The notes: a model not told the origin generated them from the letters alone. Counted from the first letter of the stretch, positions 45,001-57,883 are shown. The stretch is DNA of 64,000 nt from Centroscyllium fabricii (GCA_051313645.2 JBNRSN020000021.1:37882001-37946000), one strand, 5' to 3'. Numbers and translations: made by a program.

Positions 45001-46735
45001 TTGTCTCGTCCTGGTGGACGTGTTCTCCAAATGGGTAGAAGCTTTCCCCTGTAGGACGGCTACGGCCTTAGGTACTGCCAGGATTTTGGTCCGGGAGGTG
45101 TTCTCACGGTGGGGACTTCCCCGTTTTGTGGAGTCCGACCAGGGGAGTCACTTCACCGGCCAGGTCATGCAGAACACCCTCATGCTCCTAGGCATTGAAG
45201 GGAAATGGCACGTAGCGCACAACCCCCAGTCGTCAGGGATTGTGGAACGCATGAACCGTACCCTTAAGGAACGGTTGAGGAAAGAGGCGATGGGCTCGCC
45301 CCAGAAATGGGCGGAGATCCTGCCTTTAATCCTCATGGGGATCAGGGCCAGCCAGTCGAAAAGTACGGGATATTCCCCGCACGAGCTAATGACTGGAAGG
45401 GCCATGCGGACCCCCACTCATGTACTAGCTCCGGTGCTCACGGAAGGACAGCTCGAGGAGGTAAAGAAGGACAGGTTTGCCCAAAATCTGTTCGAGCACC
45501 TAAAGCGAGTACACGAGCAGGCAGCAGGGAACATGGGCAGACAGCATCAGGGGAACAAGCTGTTGCTGGAGCCCCGAAGAACGCAAGAATGGGAAGTGGG
45601 AGACCTGGTCATGGTGAGGAACTATGCCCGGGTCGGGAGTTTAGAGCCACTGTACATGGGGCCCTACAGCATTGTAGATAAGGCAAGCCCCATGGTTTAT
45701 GCGGTGAAGGTGCCCCGACGCACAAAGTGGTTTCATATAAACCAATGTAAAATGTATAAGTCGGGCACGCAGGGGTCGACCACAGGGGCAAGCCCTGTGA
45801 GTAGGAACGCCCAGCCAAGTGCAGGACCACAGGTCGCGCAGGCAGGTAAAGTAGCCTGCGTGAGAGGAGAGGCCCCGATGGAGGAGAGGAGGGTCTCTCG
45901 TGCTGTGTGGGATTCAGATGGGGAGGAGCCGGACCAACACGACCAAGTGTTGGATCCGATGGACCAACACGACCAAGTGTTGGACCCGATTGGCCAACCC
46001 GACCAAGGGTTGGACCTGATTGACCTACGCGACCCAGTGCTAGAGTCAATCACAGGGGAGGAGGAGGGGTCTGAGGACGGGGGTTCCGTTCTCGACTCGA
46101 ATGCCGACGAGGTAGGGATAGCGGGCGGAGACTCACCACCTGAGGAGATAGGTGAGGTGAGGTCAGAAGCCGCAAGAGATCCCAGTCCCGGGGAAGCGAA
46201 GCTGAAGGAGGGAGGGTCGGTGCTGGCAGCTGTGAAGGAGTCACAGGCTGCAGCACGATCCGGCCCGGCCTTCAGTTCGTCGACGAGGCGAGAGGAGGGA
46301 GCGTCGATGCGTGCAGATGTGACGGGGTCACAGGCTGCAGCACGGCCTGGCCCGGTCCTCAGGTCGTCGGCCCAGGGGGCTCTCGGTCCCAGGGAAGCGA
46401 AGCTGGAGGGAGAGGGGTTGGTGCTGGCAGCTGTGAGGGAGTCACAGGCTGCAGCACAACCTGGCTCGGTCCTCAGTTCGTCGGCCCAGGGAGCAGTACC
46501 TAAAGGCACCCTCCGTCGATCGGAAAGGGTACCCCCGCCCAGGAAAGCTTGGCCAGAACCGTCATATGCCCTCAGGTACAGGAAAAGCCCCCGCAAAAGG
46601 ATAATTATCCACCCCCGACAAGCAGCGCCAGGCTGCGGAGAATCAAAAGCAGCGACAGGCTGCGGGGAACCAAAGGGAGGGGTCAGCAATGCACCGCCAC
46701 GGGGAGCGGCCCACTACGACCCTGACAGGGGATAG
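42095..46735 (+). CDS. Element C Pro-Pol (protease, RT, degenerate RNase H, second RNase H, integrase, GPY), in frame with gag; one internal TAG at 42707-42709
   Basis: LLDTGAS; NSPLWPVRKPD, LDISNGFW, LPQGFHNSP and YVDD; IYVDGSS...AQQAEL...SDS...KVKAH...GNQRAD; HHCC, QVDYIGP, ESDQGSHF, SSGIVERMN and GPY. Confidence 0.9.
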
Positions 46736-49358
46736 GTAGGCCGCCCGGGAGAGGCGGCACTGTATATAATGAGAAATAAGTTTGGTAGTGTCAAGGGAGT
46801 AGCCCGAATTAATTTTTGAATTTTGTTAAAGGTGTGACGTTTAGCATAAAGGTGAAGGGGAGTGTTTAGGTAATATGGGATCTGTCCAGGAGGCGTGCAC
46901 ATCTCACCACAGCCAGGCGCTCTTGGGAGGCCGGCAACCCCTTTGTTTAATTACAGAACCCAGAGAGGCGGGGATTCTGATGACGCTTGCGGTCATCAAA
47001 GATGGACTGGCCTGTCGGGGCCACACCGGGGAGTAAGGAGCAGATGCCCAGGGCGGCTGGGAACGGACCCAATGGAGCATCCCAGCACGTCGGAATCTGC
47101 TTGTGGAGAGACTTGGTTTTCTGTGCCCCGGATCGAGACCATCGCACCCAGGACCGGCGCTATCATCGGTAGAAGGACTTACTTCCGTTGAGGGATAGGA
47201 AGATCCCAGCGAGCCGATGGTGGTGGCTGCGGAAGACCGCCAGAACACTGTAAAAACTTTGGGACAAATGGGGGGATTGATGAGGGGAGATATGTGTGCT
47301 TTATATTTTCCGGATGGTTGTGTGATGTCTCTGTCAGATAATAAATGATATGAACAGGTGGAGACGAAGGCATCGGCCTGGCAGACGTGGAAGGAACCAG
47401 GAGGTGTAAGGAATGGTTGTGTAAATATACATGGTTGTGTAAATATACGTTGCCCAGGGTAAAGGCAATGCGAGGTTGATCAAAGGGAATGGGAACCGCA
47501 TGTGTCATGGGGCAAGAGTTAATTTAGGTAACCAGGAGAGTTGAGGTGTGGAGAATCGGGAATCTTGCTCAACCTTTATTAATTGATTCGCTAAGCGGGG
47601 TTATGCTAATCAACAGGAGGGACTGTAAGGTCGCAATATTCCAAGTCAAAACGGATTTACAAAGACCAGAAACGAAGGGATGGAGTATACATGTTTCTTT
47701 TATTGTACAATGGCAGACAGGACAGGCTGCGGCCTGATCAGAGAAAAAGGGGCCTCCAAGATGGCCGCCGGACCACATGGCATAGTGTAAAATGAAACCA
47801 AAACCAAATTCGGAAAAGCCCGCGAAGTAGCCAGACATGAAGGCGCTGTTAAACCTGTAAATAAGTAGCCAGCCCCTTAGAAACCGCTCAGCCCCACAAA
47901 GAAATGCACCCAGTTAAATAAGCACCCGATAAAGCTGCAAATATTGAAATTACTGGCCGTTTAGCCAGACACAAGATTTACACAGCAAGCCCGCATTAAA
48001 GCGATTAGCACCCTTGCAAAAACAATGGGGGCTCTAACGGAGAGGTTAGGGTGCCATCAAACCATTACCAGCAGGCTTGGCTGGACAAAGGAATGCAGTA
48101 ACCGTTTTCAAAACACAATACCTGCCTAATGGGAAAGACATTAGCTTCACAGTATAACTGGCAGGACATTTCTACAATTCGCTCTCTTGGGATCTCTTCT
48201 TCATCTGTGGGCTCTCTGGAGAGGGCTCTCTTGGAAAGCGCTTGGAAACTCTTCACATCTCTGACTCTCTGGAAGAGGGGGTCTCTCGAATATCTCGCAG
48301 CGTGGAAATCTCTCTTGGGAAAGAGCTCTTGGAGAAGGCTCTTGGAGGCGACCTCTTGAAGCGGTGAGGTCCCTGAACAGAACTTTTGAGCTTTAGCAGT
48401 AACTTTGGGTGGGCTCTCTGTTTTCGAAGACTCCAGTTCAGCTTTCTGGGTGCAGGGCAAGCAGGGTGCAGGCTCTGGCAGGACAGCAGAGTTGGGTCAG
48501 GGCAGTATCGCATCGGAAAACCATTGCTGGTGAGGTAGTTGGTTGTTGGGCCCCATTAGTAGCATCTTGTTGAACACGGCGATTAAGCTAGCGTCGGAAG
48601 AGTGGGAAAGCAAGTAGGCTAGCAGCCTGTTACAGTTCGGCTTGAGAGGGCAGGATCGGCATACCCCAGGGTCCGGTTCAGCCAGGGAGACGGTGCGGTT
48701 GGTGCGAGGAGATAGAGCAGCCTCGAGGAACCCGTCCGGGACCAGCCCGAGCAGGAGCGACCGCCGCCCAAAGGGAGAAGACAAGTGGACTCCCGAATCT
48801 TCCACAGCCACGTGACGACCGACGCTGCAGCCGAGGAAACGAAGGACTTCGTAGCAGACCCCGAGTATTACCGAGTGGTGAGCATGTGCCTCGATCCTAC
48901 ACACCTGGACATAGCTAGGCAATAGAGGGAAGGGTGGTTTATTTGGGGTGTATTTGTAGAGTCATTGCCCCGATTTACGATGTGCCGTGCGTTCCCCATC
49001 CTATAAGTTACCTGTGTATGTGCATATATATATATATCTGTTTGGGAAACAATTGTTGGTGTATCATACTGTGTCGTTCCGATGAAATACAACCTAACTG
49101 CTGTAAATATATCCTGTGGTGTAATAAAATCTTCCAACTTTGCAAACTTTTATTCGAGTCTAAATCTGAGTCCAATCGGTATCCATCTCGTCTCTCTCTC
49201 TTCTCCTGCACCTAAGTCCAGCGTCTAGAACCGTAAGGGTGAGCGATTCGAACCGCTCGCGGGGGAGGAGGTTATTGCGCGAGGCCTAGCGGACTGCTAG
49301 CGCAAGGCAGTAACGGACCCCAAGTCGTACATAAAATATACGGCGCACGCTCCTTACA

Positions 49359-50178
49359 GTGCCGGGTCCGGATCCCCTACTCTGGGAACCTTCGCCGCCA
49401 CCTCCTCTCTGTTCTCTTTCTCCCATGCTTGCGTATAGTGGGGTGATCGCGCGGGGAGCGCGGGGGCTGGTGCCTCCGACGCCCTCCTCGGCCTTGGCTT
49501 CGGGGGTTCCTTAACCACCTTTACCTCACCCACCGATGGGTCGATGAGGCCATTTGACTTGCTCAGGGCCTCCCTAAGGTTCTGGATCTCTGTGAGACAG
49601 GCGCTATGATCAGCGTCCTCATACTTAGTCTCGAGGGACATTTTATATGCTGCCCTCATTCCCAGCAAATTCTCGTCCTGTGCCTTTAATTGGCCACTTA
49701 GGCGGACGCACCGTTCCCTGAGCTTCCCTTCACTCGACATGGCCTCTACCACCTGTCTCTCTAGGAGCTCAACCCTTGCCTCATGGCGGCTGGTCTTCAC
49801 CTGGCGCTCTCTATTTAGAGCCTCGAGTGCGGTGATTAACTGCTGCCCCCCTGAGACCTTTTCCTCTACTTCGAGTACTAACCCTTTGATCTGCGCGGTC
49901 TGCGCCGCAATCACCTGGTCCGAAAGTTGGACCTGCCTTTTATAGCACATAAGCCATACCGCCTTCTCCACTGACTTCTTATGCCCCTTGCTACCCGTCC
50001 AACGGATAGCTGCGTCCAGTGGACGTTTGTCTGCCAGCAGGTCCCCAATCCACTGCTTTGTCAAGTTAACTTTGCTAAACACATAATCGGCAATTTTCTC
50101 ATCCATCTGGTTCCTCTTATTCAAGGCTGAGTCCAACACATCTCTTTCCTGCTGCCAGCGTCCCTTCGTGGTCGCCAT
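49359..50178 (-). pseudogene. Element D gag N-terminal part
   Basis: MATTKGRWQQERD... aligns with C Gag; broken at PDPA|PMCPV by the insertion of C. Confidence 0.88.
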
Positions 50179-51917
50179 TTCTGTAAGGGGTGTGCGCCGT
50201 GTATTTTATTCACGACTTGGGGTCCGTTACTGCCTTGCTCTAGCCGTCCGCTAGGCCTCGCGCAATAACCTCCTCCCCCGTGAGCGGTTCGAATCGCTCA
50301 CCCTTACGGTTCTCGACGCTGGACTTAGATGCAGGAAGAGAGATGAGATGTATAATGATTGGACTCAGATTGACTTTGAATAAGGGTTTCAAAAATTGGA
50401 TGATTTTATTACAGTGAGACGTAGGTTCATATACAGCAGTTAACTTGTACGTCATATAACAAAACACAGTATGAAATACAAACTTCGTAGCCCAATTATA
50501 TATATATATATATGCGAATACATGAATAACTTATAGGATGGGGAACACACGGCACATCGTAAATTGTGGCAAGCACTCTATAAATTCAACCAAGTAAACC
50601 ACCCTCCCCTCTATTGCCTAGCTATGTCCAGGTGTGTAGGATCAAGGCACATGCTCACCACTCGGTAATACTCGGGGTCAGCTACGAAGTTCTTCGTCCT
50701 TTCGGCTGCAGCGTCGGTCGTCACGTGGCTGTGGAAGATTTGGGAGTCCACTCGTTTGCTTCTCCCTCTTGGCGGCGGCCGTGTCTGCTCAGGCTGGCCC
50801 TGGGCGGGTTCCTCAAGGCTTCTCTACCTCCTCGCACCAACCGCACCGTCTCCCTGGCTGAACCAGACCCTGGGGTATGCCGATCCTGCCCTCTCGAGCC
50901 AAACTGTAACAAGTCTTTTTCGAACTCACTCGCTTTTACCCATGCATCGAACGCCAGCCCTTGTGGTGCCAGACAACCGACTATCTCTCCAGCGATGGCC
51001 CAGCCCAGATGCGATGCCACTGCCCTGCCGGAACCTGCACCCTGCTCGCCCTGCACTCTGCTCGCCCTGCACTCTGCTCGCCCTGCACCCAGAGATCTGA
51101 ACGGGAGTCTTCGAAGGGAGAGCCCACCCAAAGTCACTGCTAAAGTTCAAGAAGTCCTTCAAGTTCTGCAAGAGAACTCTACCTAGTTCCAAGAGCTTCC
51201 CAAGAGCTCCAACCGCTTCCAAAGAATCCGAGATCTGAGCGCTAGAGACCTCACCGCTTCAAGAGGTCGATTCCAAGAGTAAAGTCAGCCCTCTCCAGAG
51301 AGCCCGCGGAAGAAGAAGAAGAGAAGAGATCGAACTGTAAAATGTCTAACAGTTATACTCAGAAAAATGTTGTGCCTAATGTCTTTCCAATCATTGCCAT
51401 GTATTGTCCCATTTCAAAACGGTAACTGCTTCTTTGTCCAGCTAACCTGCTGAAATGGCTTGAGAGCAGCCCTAACCGCTTCTGTGAGCGCTGCATTATC
51501 TAAAGAGGGTGCAAATCGCTTCTGCTAAGTTTGCTGTGCAGTTTCTAAGCCTGGCTATTTAGGGCCAGTTAGTCCATATTTGCGATATATTGGGTGTTTA
51601 TTCTCTGGGTGCAATTTCTTTGTTGGGCTAAGCGGTTCTGAGGGGAGCTGGTTAGTTCTTTACAATCGAATACTGGGTCTTGGCGCCCCCAAGTCTGGGT
51701 TTTCGCGCACTTTCTGCAAGGCTTTGAAAATATATATGTGGTTTCGTTTTCGGCTCTGGCCGTTAGGTCATGTGGTCCGGCGGCCATCTTTTGAGGCCCC
51801 TTTTCTTTGATCAAGCCGCAGCTTGTTTCTCTGCTGCTAATAAAAAAATGCTGAATCCATCCATCTGTCTCTGGTCTTTATGAATCCTTTTTAACTTGGG
51901 AATATTGCGACCTTACA

Positions 51918-54437
51918 CCGGCCAGGTAGTGCTTCCAATGCCGCACTGCTTCAACAATGGCCTGGGCCTCCTTTTCGACTGAGGAGTGATGGGTCTCGGG
52001 GCCCTGGAGGGTACGTGAAAAGGAGGCCACGGATCTGCCCGCCTGGTTAAGGGTGGCGGCCAGGGCAAAGTCTGATGCATCGCTCTCTACCTGAAATGGG
52101 ACGGACTCATCCACAGCGTGCATCGTGGCTTTTGCAATATCGTTTTTAATTCTGCAGAACGCCGAGTTGGCTTCTGCAGAAAGGGGAAAAGAGGTCGATT
52201 TAAGTAGTGGGCGAGCTTTGTCCGCATAATTAGGGACCCACTGGGCATAATAGGCGAAAAATCCCAAACACCGTTTAAGGGCTTTGGGGGAGTGGGGGCG
52301 GGGGGGGGGGGGTGAGCTCCATGAGGGGGCGCATGCGGTCCGGGTCTGGACCGATGACTTCATTCTCCACCACGCTGCCGAGGATGGCCAGGCGGCCGGT
52401 GCTAAATACACATTTCTCCTTATTGTACGTTAAGTTCAGGGTTTTGGCCGTGTGGAGAAATTTTTGGAGGTTGGCGTCATGGTCCTGCTGATCATGGCCG
52501 CAGATGGTCACATTATCAAGATACGGGAAAGTGGCTCGCAGCCCGTACTGATCAACCATTCGGTCCATCTCCCTTTGGAAGACCGAGACCCCATTCGTGA
52601 CGCCAAACGGCACCCTAAGGAAGTGGTAGAGGCGACCGTCAGCCTCGAAGGCTGTATAAAGACGGTCCTCTGGGCGGATGGGAAGCTGGTGATAAGCCGA
52701 TTTAAGATCGATCGTGGAGTACACTTTAAATTGGGCGATTTGGTTCACCATGTCCGCTATCCGGGGGAGGGGGTAGGCATCTAGTTGCGTGAACCGGTTT
52801 ATGGTCTGGCTGTAGTCCACAACCATCCGGTTCTTCTCTCCGGTTTTTACTACCACTACCTGCGCTCTCCAGGGGCTATTACTGGCCTCTATGACCCCCT
52901 CTTTTAGGAGGCGCTGCACCTCAGATTTTATAAATGCCATGTCCCCAGCACTGTAGCGCCTACTTTTGGTGGCGACGGGCTTGCAGTCTGGTGTGAGGTT
53001 GGCAAAGAGGGATGGAGGGGCAACCTTAAGGGTTGAGAGGCCACAGGTAGTGTGCTGGGGGTACCGCCTTGAGCCGCGGTTTCTGACCGTGAGTGAGGGA
53101 AGGGGTCCGCCAAATGCCATCGTAACGCTCTGGAGGTGGCACTGGAAATCCAGTCCCAGGAGTAGGGGGGCGCAGAGCTGCAGCAGCACGTAAAAACTAA
53201 AATCGTTAAACATTGCGCCCTGGACATTAAGTGTTACAATGCAGCGCCCGGTGACGTCAGCAGATTCCGACTTGGACGCCATAGATATTCTCTGGCGCGC
53301 AGGGATTACTCTAAGGGAGAGGCGCTTTACAGTACTTTGGTTTATAAAACTTACTGTGCTCCCGCTGTCGAACAGGCACACCACCTCTTTACCGTTGATT
53401 TCCACCGGCATCATAGATTTCTCCAGCGGTTGAGTCTTCCTCTGGTCTATGATCATTGATGCTAACACCGGGTCCTCCGAGTTGTCTTGATCCGGATAGT
53501 AGTCCTCCGAGTTCGCTCCCCAAGATGGCTGCCGCCATGTGGTGTACTGTGGAGGTGGAGGCTGAGTCCAAGATGGCCGCTGTTGCTGCTGCTGCTGCCA
53601 CGAGGGATACTGAGTGGGGGATGGGTGAGCCCAATATGGCTGCTCCCATGTTCCACACGCGGCGCTACCCAGTTTTGATTTAATGCTAGTGTTTTTACAG
53701 ACCTTCGCATAATGTCCTTTCTTGTCGCATTTCGAGCAGGTCGCTTCTCTAGCAGGGCAGCTGCGTCTTGAGTGCTGAGATTGTCCACAGAAGTAGCATT
53801 TGGCTGCCGTTTTCGCGTGGGCAGCTGTGATTAGTTCTTCTGCCGGTCGTTGCGCCGGTACTGTCCAAGATTGCGGGGCTGGGCCTGTATAGTTACTTGA
53901 GTATGAGGATAAGTCCGTTGAGGCCCTATCCAGCGTGTGCCCCAAGTCTGTAGTCGCCTGTAAGTCCTGGCCGTTCTGCTCCAGCAGTCTCTGCCTGACA
54001 TAGTCCAATTTTAAGCCTGTTACGTAAGCGTCTCTGATGAGGCTGTCTACATGGACTAGGGCCGTTAGCGCTCTGCAGTCACAGTCCCGCGCCAGTACTC
54101 TGAGGGCTCTTAGGAACTCCACACTTGACTCACCGGTTTGTTGCTTTCTGGTGGCGAGTAAATGTCTAGCGTGGACTACATTTGGTGCCCGATTGTACTC
54201 CGTCTCGAGAATCCTGATGGCCTCTTGGAACGATGGGGCGTCCACTATCATCGAGTACACCTGAGGGCCCACCCGGGTGTGGAGGAGTCGCCGTTTTTGC
54301 TCTTCAGTCACTATGACCGCTGCATTGGCTCTGAGGTACCCTTCGAGCACATTGCGCCAGTGTGAGAAGGTGTTCGATGCTCCTGATGATCGGGGATCCA
54401 ATTCGAACACTGCTGGCTTGAGCATCGTGGTATCCAT
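51918..54437 (-). pseudogene. Element B gag-pol 5' part (Gag, protease, RT, start of RNase H)
   Basis: Two CCHC knuckles, FDSGS, SPWRAQVVVV, DLKSAYHQ, PFGVTNG, YLDN and VESDASD; frameshift in a poly-C run near 52300; broken at HYLAG by element D. Confidence 0.9.
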
Positions 54438-56070
54438 TTTTAACAGTAGTGAATAAAATTGTAACCTTCAATAACGTCCTCGGAGTCGAGTAGTAGGTTA
54501 GAACAATCAGGCTTTTATTCACTACACCTGGAACATGCACCAGCAAGTTGACTGTCCCCGGGAATGGCATGGGGGATGGGAGCAGTCACTTATATACCTC
54601 CTCCTGCGGGGGAGGAGTCGTGGGCGGAGCCAACCTGGGCATGTCCCAGGTATCATCTCACAGTATAGTACAGTACAGGTATAGGTTACATCGTGATACA
54701 TGGTAGTTAACTATATACAAGTGATATACACGTTTATCACAGCTCTCAACTGAACTTAAGGAGAAACTGGCTGTAATGGAGCACGAGAATGAGCTATTGG
54801 TGGAAGGGAAGGCGGAGTTGGAAAAAAACGTGATCGTATGATTGCTCAACTCGGGAAAATGGGTTGGTCGGAGGGGACAGCTGGAGAGCAAGGCTATCCA
54901 GAGACGACTGACGCTGAATGGCTTGGAAGCCACGGCTACCAGGTTGCTGATGAAAGCGATGGAAGCCATACAGTCGAGGAACCGACCACGAAAACAAAGA
55001 AACAACACCGTCGGAGAAACACGAGAAAGCATTGAATGTTTAAATTGTTAATAATGTTAGAGTGTTCAAATGTAGAGTAGAAGAAACTAGAGAAAGTTAA
55101 ATGTTAAAATTGTTTACAATGTTAGAACATTCAAATGTATATAGTGAATGCACCATGTTAAGGAAGTGTACAGGGTGACAAATGTACGTTGAATATTGTT
55201 GTATGAAAAAGGTTATACTGAGTTGAATGGGTTAAAAATGATGGTGAGCGACTAGCTAGCATCGAACAATGTATGTACAAAAGTTAATTGTTATATTTCT
55301 GAGTGTACTTATCATCGTACCCGTACGATTGAATTAGGAAGGGAGGAATGTGGTGTATGGACAACATACACCTATGTACTGATGATGCGAGACTCTACCT
55401 CGGCATCACCCCTCTATATCACCCCGGTGCTATACGATGGCCTGTGCCTTTAAGGATGGTGCTGGGCACTGCATCATGTGATGTTACCAGGCTGCAGTAC
55501 TCTTACCAGCCACTGTCGTGTGTATATAAGCTCGCATGTGTAGTTCCTGTTCAGTCTTCCATTAGTCCTCAGTCCTTGATGAGTTCGCTATTAGTCCTGT
55601 ACTAGACTAGGCTGTAAGCTAATGTAAATATGTTGGCGCGAGAAGCGCCACGGGTTAAGTTGTGATTTTACCATGCCAGTAAACATCACCCAGTTGAGAA
55701 CTTAACTTGAGTCTGTCGTTATTTGCCTCGTAATAACCTTAGACTTAACAATGGCGATAGATTTAACAAAGGGGAGGAAGGCCTGCATTACCACGTCGCG
55801 ATGTGCCGCAGAGCGTGGCGCTGCAGCATGCAATGCTAAGATATTCAGTCGCAGCACCCCAGGAAAGAGTGAGTGCTTCCAGTAGCGCCCCGCATCCTGC
55901 TTAGGGTGCTACAGCTGAATTTGCGGCACAACGGCGCTAACTTTTGCCGAGGTTAGCACGACTCAATTTTCCCCCCACAATGTTTACTGAACCAAGATTA
56001 AATGATATCCATGTTATCCACCCACAATTATCCCGGTTTCTAAATATATACATATTGTATTAATGCCTAC

Positions 56071-56241
56071 CAGTTCCAGCCTTGCCTGCTGGAGGGGGAG
56101 TATTTGTCCATTAGGGTAGTGAGCTTCAGGAGAGCCAGCTTCTGCAAGAGGTTGAGCTGGGCAGCAGACTGGCCGTCAATCTGTAGATGTAGATTCTGAG
56201 GATTCAACTTCTGCTCACTGGGCCAACATAACCTCTGCCGC
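56071..56241 (-). CDS. DLC-family gene exon preceding the RhoGAP domain
   Basis: RQRLCW...LQIDGQSAAQLNLLQKLALLKLTTLMDKYSPSSRQGWNW; AG/GT boundaries, phase-consistent. Confidence 0.92.
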
Positions 56242-57621
56242 CTGCAACGTAAAAACATCATCAGTCTGGCAATCCAAGTTTCTACCAGCTGGGTGTAAAA
56301 ATTATACTCTTCTCCCAATAAAGGTAAGCTGCCAAAAAAGATTTCGCTTTGGCCGCAAGTTGCACTGGTTAGATTACCAGTTCAAGCTTCCGCTAAAATG
56401 CATGAACATTATCACAAACGTAAAATCTTCCAGGAACTAACCCAATCGGTTAGTGCAATAGAACGTAATTGGTGTTTTACTTTGCATTAAAAAAGATTAT
56501 TTATTTTTAAAAAGTTTTTTTTTAATAAAAAAAGAGTGGTAACCTGGTGCAGTTTAATTAATACAGCTGAAAATAGGTTGATCACAAAAAATATATTTTT
56601 TAAGCAGTGTCTAGGCCACCACCTATGTGTAACCTGACTTTAAAAGCGCAGAGAATGTTTTGGAAACTATACTGAATCATTTACTAGTTTCATTGATCAG
56701 ATTTAGTAAATTAAATATTTTTTTAATGTTTAAAATGTGCCTACTAGTGCCTGTGCGTCGACAAAAACAAGTTCAATTTGAGCGTACCAAGCGTATAGGG
56801 TTTACTCTGTACACACTTGAAATTCTCAGCCATTTTCAGCAAGACGCATTGTTATGAAAAATTACTAATCATCTTTCTCACTACAAGATAAACAGCTTTA
56901 TGTATTTACTTTTGCAGATTTAGAATCTGACTCAGTTTTTCTCATAACATCTCACCTCTGAAGACAGGCTGATCTTGTTTCATATCATATTGTTACAACA
57001 ATTTGAAATATCCTTGCAGAATCAGCAATAAATCATACTGTAGTAATTTTTCCAATGAACTGAAAATCTTCTAAAGTTAGCTTTAATGTACCACCAGTCT
57101 GAAACTGGCATCCATTACACAAAACCCATATTATTCAAAACCAAAAGTCTTGTGTTTGGATTTTATGCTCAAAGTGAGAGATGGCAATGGAGGAGAGTGG
57201 AATGCTTTCCATCGCCCAGGTTAGACATGGTATGGGTTATAGGTCGGGTAAATTTCATTATCCCAGAAATGATTTTAACTGCAATCTCAGCAATGAGGCT
57301 TTCCCACACCAGAGGTTCTTGTGCTCGGAGTTCCCTAGCTGCCCATTGAAGTGGTCTTGACTGTGTCCAAACTTCGTGCACTTTTTGGCCCCAAACCAAT
57401 CTTCAAAAGTCCATCACCAAGGGTACTTCAACCTTAAATATTTCCCGCCTCTACCTCTACATCACCTACACGACTTAGTCACCTCCAGACCTAACTTTTC
57501 TAACATCCTATTCAGCTACCTCCAACTTATCTCGAATTCCAGCACGTACATCAAGTATCACCAGGTCTTCATCAGCTTCCAATTACTCAATATGTTAATC
57601 TCAAATCCTCATTCTTGTCTA

Positions 57622-57883
57622 TAATCCAAAGATGTGCGGGTTAGGTTGATTGGCCGTGATAAATTGACCCTTAGTATTAGGGGGATTGAGTATGTGGGGT
57701 TACGGGGATGGGGTGGGATATGTGTCGGTGCAGGCTCGATAGGGATCGAGGGGTAGGGGGAGAGGGTAGGGTCGGGGTGCTGGGTTTGGGTGATCAGCCA
57801 TGATCTCATTGAATGGCGGAGCAAGCTCGAAGGGCCGAATGGCCTACTCCTGCTCCTATCTTCTATGTTTCTATGTTTCTATG
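57622..57883 (+). mobile_element. 5'-truncated HE1-like SINE
   Basis: Matches the 3' half of 2107-2499; (TTTCTATG)n tail. Confidence 0.8.

Larger units (their letters stand above)
38442..49358 (+). mobile_element. LTR element C: near-intact, long-LTR, dual-RNase-H retrovirus-like element; LTRs 38442-40169 and 47624-49358
   Basis: TGTAAGG...CCTTACA LTRs nearly identical; 4-bp TSD GTGC; PBS 40173-40190; PPT-like AACAGGAGGGAC before 47624. Confidence 0.95.
38328..51917 (-). mobile_element. LTR element D (relative of C), deleted; 5' LTR 50182-51917, partial gag
   Basis: 1.7-kb LTR homologous to the C LTRs; gag 50178-49359 continues at 38441-38333; ends in TTACA; 4-bp TSD CCGG at 38324-38327 and 51918-51921. 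Confidence 0.9.
36445..54741 (-). mobile_element. LTR element B (Gypsy); 5' LTR 54460-54741, 3' LTR 36445-36726
   Basis: 282-bp LTRs with 2 differences; 5-bp TSD GCTCT; PPT AAAGAAGGGGTGAA next to the 3' LTR. Confidence 0.95.
33657..55768 (+). mobile_element. LTR element A (non-autonomous Gypsy); LTRs 33657-34076 and 55349-55768
   Basis: 420-bp TG...CA LTRs with about 5 differences; 5-bp TSD AAGGG; PBS-like TGGCGATGAG at 34078; PPT AGGAAGGGAGGAA at 55336-55348. Confidence 0.93.
33232..55976. mobile_element. GC-rich non-autonomous TIR element that hosts the LTR stack (own sequence about 33232-33656 and 55769-55976)
   Basis: Imperfect termini GGGGGAACAATT / AATTTTCCCCCC; GC-rich sequence on both sides of element A inside an AT-rich intron. 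Confidence 0.45.

Noticed and set aside
46736-47623. Possible env gene between pol and the 3' LTR of C
   Set aside because: Only short ORFs; no signal peptide, fusion peptide or transmembrane segment recognised
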